Source: a virus (Duplodnaviria > Heunggongvirae > Uroviricota > Caudoviricetes). From it: a stretch of 21,861 bases of DNA. Made by a program: the position numbers and the translations under genes. Under the pieces are notes generated by a model, which saw only the letters and a program-made list of their open reading frames with translations, did no database searches and was not told the origin of the DNA. The stretch covers positions 1-21,861 of the IMG/VR virus record IMGVR_UViG_2579778633_000005. One strand, 5' to 3'. This document shows, one piece after another, positions 17,647-21,861 of this stretch (its first letter is position 1; every line of letters begins with the position of its first letter).

Positions 17647-18270
17647 CTAACGTGTGACCGCGTTCAAAATGTTGTCTGCGATTGACTCTTCCTTGTGGCA
17701 TTGCACCACCAGAGCGTCATACAGCGGCTTAACAGTGCGTGACCAGGTGGGTTGGGTAAGGTTTGGGATTAGCATCGTCACAGCGCGATATGCTGCGCTT
17801 GCTGGCATCCTTGAATAGCCGACACCTTTGCATCTTCCGCATTCTTTCTCAACAACTCTCCCCCACTGCTCTGTTTTTGCTATATCAACCGCACGGCCTG
17901 TACCGTGGCAATCTCTGCATCTTGCGCCCGGCGTCGCGGCACTACGGCAATAATCCGCATAAGCGAATGTTGCGAGCACTTGCAGTACCTTTGCCTTAGT
18001 ATTTCCTTCAAGCTTTGCCACACCACGGTATTTCCCCGATACCTTGTGTGCAAATTGCATCAGATAGTTGATAGCCTTTTGTTTGTCGTTCTGGCTGAGT
18101 TCATGCTTACCGCAGAATGCAGCCATACCGAATCCGGCTTGTGATTGCGCCATCCCCATAGCAGCCATCACATCAGTACCGGAAAGAGAGTCAGAAGCCG
18201 TGGCCCGTGGTGAGTCGCTCATCATCGGGCTTTTTGGCGAATGAAATTTAGCTACGCTTTCGAGTCTCAT
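17647..18270 (-). CDS. Q: Late gene antiterminator Q, lambda type (207 aa)
   Basis: MRLESVAKFHSPKSPMMSDSPRATASDSLSGTDVMAAMGMAQSQAGFGMAAFCGKHELSQNDKQKAINYLMQF... is essentially identical to lambda Q as I recall it, including the Cys-rich zinc-binding segment. Confidence 0.9.
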   Translation of the reverse strand: MRLESVAKFHSPKSPMMSDSPRATASDSLSGTDVMAAMGMAQSQAGFGMAAFCGKHELSQNDKQKAINYLMQFAHKVSGKYRGVAKLEGNTKAKVLQVLATFAYADYCRSAATPGARCRDCHGTGRAVDIAKTEQWGRVVEKECGRCKGVGYSRMPASAAYRAVTMLIPNLTQPTWSRTVKPLYDALVVQCHKEESIADNILNAVTR

Positions 18271-18455
18271 GGCCTTCCCCTTTTGCCCTGTTTGACCATC
18301 AGGACGCCGTTAACTATTATGTGACGCTCACCTTTGCTGTCTCGGTTGTACTTAAGCACTGTTCCTCTTGCGCAGGAAAGCATCCTAGCCACTTCGGTCT
18401 GATTGCCTCGTGTCTGGATAAGAAGCTCTGGTATCGTTTGAATTGTGGCGTTCAT
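18267..18455 (-). CDS. ninH: NinH-like protein (62 aa)
   Basis: ...TIPELLIQTRGNQTEVARMLSCARGTVLKYNRDSKGERHIIVNGVLMV resembles lambda NinH; sits immediately upstream of Q as in lambda. Confidence 0.6.
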   Translation of the reverse strand: MNATIQTIPELLIQTRGNQTEVARMLSCARGTVLKYNRDSKGERHIIVNGVLMVKQGKRGRP

Positions 18456-18814
18456 ACGTTCTCCAGTTCGGTGATTTTTATTCCAAGCCGTCCGCCTGGT
18501 ACTTTCACACCACGAATTACGCGAATGTCATCGAATTGCTCGTCGTCTTCCGCAAATCCGGCGTGGATAAGTGAGTCGAGTAAACCTTTCAGGATGTTAT
18601 CGAGGTCGCGGCGGCGGGAGTCTGGAACGTCTGCGATGACTTTGATGCGGAGTCGTGATTTGGTGAAAATGTCTAACTTGAGTTGGCGGATGATTTGCTG
18701 AACGTCTTTTCGGTATTTCTGGCCTTTATCGCTTATGTAATATTGGCTTCCCCGTCTTCGCCAGTAGGTATTCACCGACGGCGGGTATGGAAGCACAAAC
18801 TGATATTCGTTCAT
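18452..18814 (-). CDS. rusA: Holliday junction resolvase RusA family (120 aa)
   Basis: Same length as E. coli RusA; conserved LPYPPSVN and PDSRRRDLDNILKGLLDSL (catalytic Asp region) and ...GGRLGIKITELENV. Occupies the nin-region slot filled by rusA in phage 82 and DLP12. Confidence 0.75.
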   Translation of the reverse strand: MNEYQFVLPYPPSVNTYWRRRGSQYYISDKGQKYRKDVQQIIRQLKLDIFTKSRLRIKVIADVPDSRRRDLDNILKGLLDSLIHAGFAEDDEQFDDIRVIRGVKVPGGRLGIKITELENV

Positions 18815-19101
18815 GACTTAATCTTCCCCTCCTTCAGCAGTATCGCCTGCGTCCTGATCACGCCTTCGAGGTGGTAAAGTCTGGCGTCTTTGTTGTCGAG
18901 ATTATGGGTACGTCGGTCGATTTCATCGTGACACGCGCTACAAGCCCATGCACCGATCAGGTCGTCAGGTTTCATTCCCGTTCCGCAAATTCCAACCATC
19001 CGGTAATGTGCCAGAACTGTAGTTTCAGGATTGCCATTGCATACGCCGTAAATACGTACCTGGCATTCTCTGCCGCGTGCTTCTTTGCGTAGGTTAGCCA
19101 T
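18811..19101 (-). CDS. YbcO-like DUF1364 protein (96 aa), Cys/His-rich putative nuclease
   Basis: MANLRKEARGRECQVRIYGVCNGNPETTVLAHYR...ACSACHDEIDRRTH resembles the DLP12 YbcO family as I recall it; nin-region synteny ybcO-rusA. Confidence 0.55.
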   Translation of the reverse strand: MANLRKEARGRECQVRIYGVCNGNPETTVLAHYRMVGICGTGMKPDDLIGAWACSACHDEIDRRTHNLDNKDARLYHLEGVIRTQAILLKEGKIKS

Positions 19102-19271
19102 TAAGCAGCCTCCCCTGTTACTTTCAGCATTCCGTTATCGAGCAGCTTTCTGGTCAGCCACTGTTGACCACGTCCGGTGATTTTTGTGGTGAACGATATC
19201 TGTATTCCGTGATTTGTGTTGGATAAGCTGTAGTGATCGAATGCCGGAAGACACCAAAATGTTACTGGCAT
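19101..19271 (-). CDS. Possible NinE-like small ORF (56 aa), possibly truncated at the nin/early-left junction
   Basis: Hand-translated MPVTFWCLPAFDHYSLSNTNHGIQISFTTKITGRGQQWLTRKLLDNGMLKVTGEAA; its stop overlaps the ybcO-like start (TAATG). Its first ~19 codons overlap the opposite-strand DUF551 ORF, so the start is uncertain. Confidence 0.25.
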   Translation of the reverse strand: MPVTFWCLPAFDHYSLSNTNHGIQISFTTKITGRGQQWLTRKLLDNGMLKVTGEAA

Positions 19272-19417
19272 TTAGTCAAGGTGAAATCGTGGCCGCATAT
19301 TGGAACTGGGTTGTAAATCCAATTGATTACAAAAAATATAGAGCTTTCACGTATTTATCAGGAAATATCTTGGATGACGTAACTCACTGGATGCCGCTAC
19401 CAGAGCCTCCACTTTGA
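19214..19417 (+). CDS. DUF551 domain protein (67 aa; TTG start at 19214 or ATG at 19241)
   Basis: Contains both DUF551 signature segments, WISCSDRMPEDTK and WMPLPEPP. Opposite strand to the nin genes, co-oriented with torI. Confidence 0.55.
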   Translation: MCWISCSDRMPEDTKMLLAFSQGEIVAAYWNWVVNPIDYKKYRAFTYLSGNILDDVTHWMPLPEPPL

Positions 19418-19513
19418 AAGCGAAGCTTATACATATCTTTTACATCAGCAATCTATTGTTAATCTCCAATCAATGTTACGTTGTCATCTCACTCATGCTT
19501 TGGAGGTAGTGAT

Positions 19514-19693
19514 ATGTCTTGTCCAAAATGCGGTTCTGGAAATATTGCAAAAGAAAAAACAATGCGTGGATGGTCTGGTGATTATGTGTGCTGCGATTGC
19601 GGATACAACGACTCTAAAGACGCATTTGGAGAGCGTGGTAAAAACGAGTTTGTCAAAATTAATAAAGATCGCGAAGGCAACGGAAAAAGCTAA
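19514..19693 (+). CDS. Small zinc-ribbon protein (59 aa)
   Basis: MSCPKCGSGN...CCDCGYN has two CxxC pairs; RBS GGAGG 7 nt upstream of ATG 19514. The track ORF at 19481 begins with TTG and lacks an RBS. Confidence 0.5.
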   Translation: MSCPKCGSGNIAKEKTMRGWSGDYVCCDCGYNDSKDAFGERGKNEFVKINKDREGNGKS

Positions 19694-19758
19694 TTTATTT
19701 ATTCATATATGAAAACAATGTAACCAATATTCGAATTGAAGAACTGAAAGAACACCAA

Positions 19759-19782
19759 GCCGCCTGATGGCGGTTTTTTATT
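19759..19782 (+). terminator. Intrinsic terminator after the zinc-ribbon gene
   Basis: Stem CCGCC / GGCGG with loop TGAT, followed by TTTTTTATT. Confidence 0.5.
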
Positions 19783-19793
19783 GGAGACAAGAA

Positions 19794-20138
19794 ATGTCAG
19801 ATTTGGCTATGAAGGTTTTGAAATGGCAATCGACTGGCGATGTTGGCATCAGTAGCGCAACTCTTGCCTCAATCGCATGTGGACTGAAAAAGAATATCTA
19901 TGGTCATAGCTTCGGTGCTCCACATGACGCAGCAGACTTTCGGCGATGCGTTGCACTTGTTGAGCAGATTCCAGAAATCAGAGATTCATTCGACAAGGTT
20001 GCAAAGCGCGTTCCGGCATTCAAAGGAATCCTCAACGAATGGGATTCACTCGTTGCTCTGTTGAAGTCTGAAATGAAGACGTACGGGAACAAAGCACCAG
20101 AGACTTACAGAAGAATCAGCGAGCTACGCAAGGATTAA
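19794..20138 (+). CDS. Hypothetical protein (114 aa)
   Basis: Start chosen at ATG 19794, with GGAG 7 nt upstream; the track's ATG at 19767 lies inside the terminator hairpin. No recognised motif. Confidence 0.45.
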   Translation: MSDLAMKVLKWQSTGDVGISSATLASIACGLKKNIYGHSFGAPHDAADFRRCVALVEQIPEIRDSFDKVAKRVPAFKGILNEWDSLVALLKSEMKTYGNKAPETYRRISELRKD

Positions 20139-20226
20139 CCCGCCTCACACTCGATGAGGCATTTTCATTTATCAAGATATCCAGACCTACCATCGGCGCA
20201 TCAATGCGGTTTTTTTATTACCTGAT

Positions 20227-20242
20227 TTGCAGGTTCGATTCC
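20227..20242 (+). repeat. 16-bp copy of argW nucleotides 46-61 (TTGCAGGTTCGATTCC), immediately upstream of the torI RBS
   Basis: Exact 16-mer identity to tRNA positions 1054-1069 of this window. Confidence 0.8.
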
Positions 20243-20261
20243 CTATTCGGAGATAGCACTC

Positions 20262-20462
20262 ATGCAACACGAACTACAGCCTGATTCCCTGGTTGATTTG
20301 AAATTCATCATGGCTGATACTGGCTTCGGTAAAACCTTCATATATGACCGGATTAAGTCCGGAGACCTGCCTAAAGCCAAAGTTATCCACGGGCGAGCAA
20401 GATGGTTATATCGTGACCATTGTGAATTCAAAAATAAGCTCTTAAGCCGCGCCAATGGGTAA
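20262..20462 (+). CDS. torI: Excisionase / recombination directionality factor TorI (66 aa, winged-helix)
   Basis: MQHELQPDSLVDLKFIMADTGFGKTFIYDRIKSGDLPKAKVIHGRARWLYRDHCEFKNKLLSRANG matches K-12 TorI as I recall it; located next to the attR core repeat, RBS GGAG 10 nt upstream. Confidence 0.85.
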   Translation: MQHELQPDSLVDLKFIMADTGFGKTFIYDRIKSGDLPKAKVIHGRARWLYRDHCEFKNKLLSRANG

Positions 20463-20535
20463 AATAGCGGGTAAAATATTTCTCACATCTAAAAAACACC
20501 ATTCTAATCAATCCCCTGCCGCGTCAAGTAGATGT

Positions 20536-20550
20536 CTGCAGGGGACACCA
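20536..20550 (+). repeat. attR core: 15-bp direct repeat of the argW 3' end (CTGCAGGGGACACCA, tRNA nt 61-75)
   Basis: Exact match to 1069-1083; sequence beyond it does not match the attL phage arm, consistent with host DNA. Confidence 0.8.
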
Positions 20551-20991
20551 GATACCCTTCAAACGAAATCTACCTTCACCCCGTAAAAGATGGGTTTGGC
20601 AGCACACTTGCCTTATATCTACTCATTTTTACTGCAACAGGTTGAAATCTCAGCACTGTCAGAAAGCGCTGATGACTAAACAGCCCTGGGCCGGGCGATG
20701 TAACCATCACACAGAATCCTGATAGCGAAATATGGCGTGACTCGATACTTCACTCCGCAATGCATTCCTTGATGAATTCGCAGGACCGTGATACACGGGA
20801 CAGGTCACTGAATGACGACAATGTCCTGGAAATCAGCGAACCGCGCATCTGAAGTACATTTGAGCGACTGTACCAGAACATGAATGAGGCGTTTGGATTA
20901 GGCGATTATTAGCAGGGCTAAGCATTTTACTATTATTATTTTCCGGTTGAGGGATATAGAGCTATCGACAACAACCGGAAAAAGTTTACGT

Positions 20992-21861
20992 CTATATTGC
21001 TGAAGGTACAGGCGTTTCCATAACTATTTGCTCGCGTTTTTTACTCAAGAAGAAAATGCCAAATAGCAACATCAGGCAGACAATACCCGAAATTGCGAAG
21101 AAAACTGTCTGGTAGCCTGCGTGGTCAAAGAGTATCCCAGTCGGCGTTGAAAGCAGCACAATCCCAAGCGAACTGGCAATTTGAAAACCAATCAGAAAGA
21201 TCGTCGACGACAGGCGCTTATCAAAATTTGCCACGCTGTATTTGAAGACGGATATGACACAAAGTGGAACCTCAATAGCATGTAACAGCTTCACTAATGA
21301 AATAATCCAGGGGTTAACGAACAGCGCGCAGGAAAGGATACGCAACGCCATAATCACAACACCGATAAGTAATGCATTTTTTGGCCCTACCCGATTCACA
21401 AAGAAAGGAATAATCGCCATGCATAGCGCTTCGAGTACCACCTGGAATGAGTTGAGATAACCATACAGGCGCGTTCCTACATCGTGTGATTCGAATAAAC
21501 CTGCATAAAAGACAGGAAAAAGTTGTTGATCAAAAATGTTATAGAAAGACCACGTCCCCACAATAAATATGACGAAAACCCAGAAGTTTCGATCCTTGAA
21601 AACTGCGATAAAATCCTCTTTTTTTACCCCTCCCGCATCCGCCGCTACGCACTGGTGATCCTTATCTTTAAAACACATGTTGATCATCATAAATACAGCG
21701 CCAAATAGCGAGACCAACCAGAAGTTGATATGGGGACTGATACTAAAAAATATGCCGGCAAAGAACGCGCCAATAGCATAGCCAAAAGATCCCCAGGCGC
21801 GCGCTGTTCCATATTCGAAATGAAAATTTCGCGCCATTTTTTCGGTGAAGCTGTCAAGCAA
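20992..21861 (-). CDS. cscB: LacY-family oligosaccharide:H+ symporter, sucrose permease CscB-like; 3' portion only, 5' end beyond the window
   Basis: Hydrophobic multi-TM protein; ...LVKLLHAIEVPLCVISVFKYSVANFDKRLSSTIFLIGFQIA... aligns with the LacY C-terminal region and matches my recollection of CscB, whose csc locus maps near argW/dsd in sucrose-positive E. coli. ORF runs to the window edge; the first codon is not a real start. Confidence 0.6.
   Translation of the reverse strand: MLDSFTEKMARNFHFEYGTARAWGSFGYAIGAFFAGIFFSISPHINFWLVSLFGAVFMMINMCFKDKDHQCVAADAGGVKKEDFIAVFKDRNFWVFVIFIVGTWSFYNIFDQQLFPVFYAGLFESHDVGTRLYGYLNSFQVVLEALCMAIIPFFVNRVGPKNALLIGVVIMALRILSCALFVNPWIISLVKLLHAIEVPLCVISVFKYSVANFDKRLSSTIFLIGFQIASSLGIVLLSTPTGILFDHAGYQTVFFAISGIVCLMLLFGIFFLSKKREQIVMETPVPSAI

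Larger units (their letters stand above)
1084..20550. mobile_element. Defective P22-like prophage with KplE1/Sf6-type recombination module (intS at attL, torI at attR) integrated at argW
   Basis: Complete tRNA at the left end, 15-bp direct repeat of the tRNA 3' end at 20536-20550, integrase next to the tRNA, excisionase-like torI next to the right repeat, phage structural, lysis and nin genes in between. About half of a typical ~40 kb P22-like genome is absent. Confidence 0.85.

Noticed and set aside
19473-19712. 79-aa plus-strand ORF overlapping the zinc-ribbon gene in another frame
   Set aside because: The zinc-ribbon frame has an RBS and paired CxxC motifs; the alternative frame has neither.
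19767-19793. ATG at 19767 as start of the 123-aa ORF
   Set aside because: This ATG lies inside the loop and stem of the terminator hairpin (19759-19782); the ATG at 19794 with a GGAG RBS is more plausible.
20243-20455. 70-aa minus-strand ORF antisense to torI
   Set aside because: Completely overlaps torI, which is strongly supported by sequence and position.
1-21861. CRISPR arrays, IS elements or transposases
   Set aside because: No regularly spaced short direct repeats and no transposase-like ORFs were seen; the deletions appear to be simple junctions without IS remnants.

Overview
The window covers the argW tRNA integration hotspot of an E. coli-type chromosome. Host yfdC (1-933) and tRNA-Arg(CCU) argW (1009-1083) are followed by a defective P22-like (Sf6/HK620-type) prophage of about 19.5 kb. 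It is bounded by an intS-type integrase at attL and by torI plus a 15-bp repeat of the tRNA 3' end at attR (20536-20550); beyond that lies host DNA and the 3' part of a LacY-family permease (cscB-like) running off the window. Minus-strand prophage genes, in order of increasing coordinate: a tailspike with a P22-type N-terminus and a divergent receptor domain, then (after + strand mnt and two divergent lipoprotein genes) injection proteins gp16/gp20/gp7, gp14, tail needle gp26, gp10, gp4, a coat 3' remnant abutting a terS 5' remnant, small ORFs, a lambda-type S-R-Rz/Rz1 lysis cassette, an HNH endonuclease gene in the Q-S intergenic region, Q with pR'/tR', and ninH, rusA and a ybcO-like gene. 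A short + strand block (DUF551, zinc-ribbon, hypothetical, torI) ends the element. No repressor, cro, N, replication, terL, portal or scaffold genes are present, and no CRISPR array or IS element was seen. All homology statements are from memory of protein families, not from database searches.
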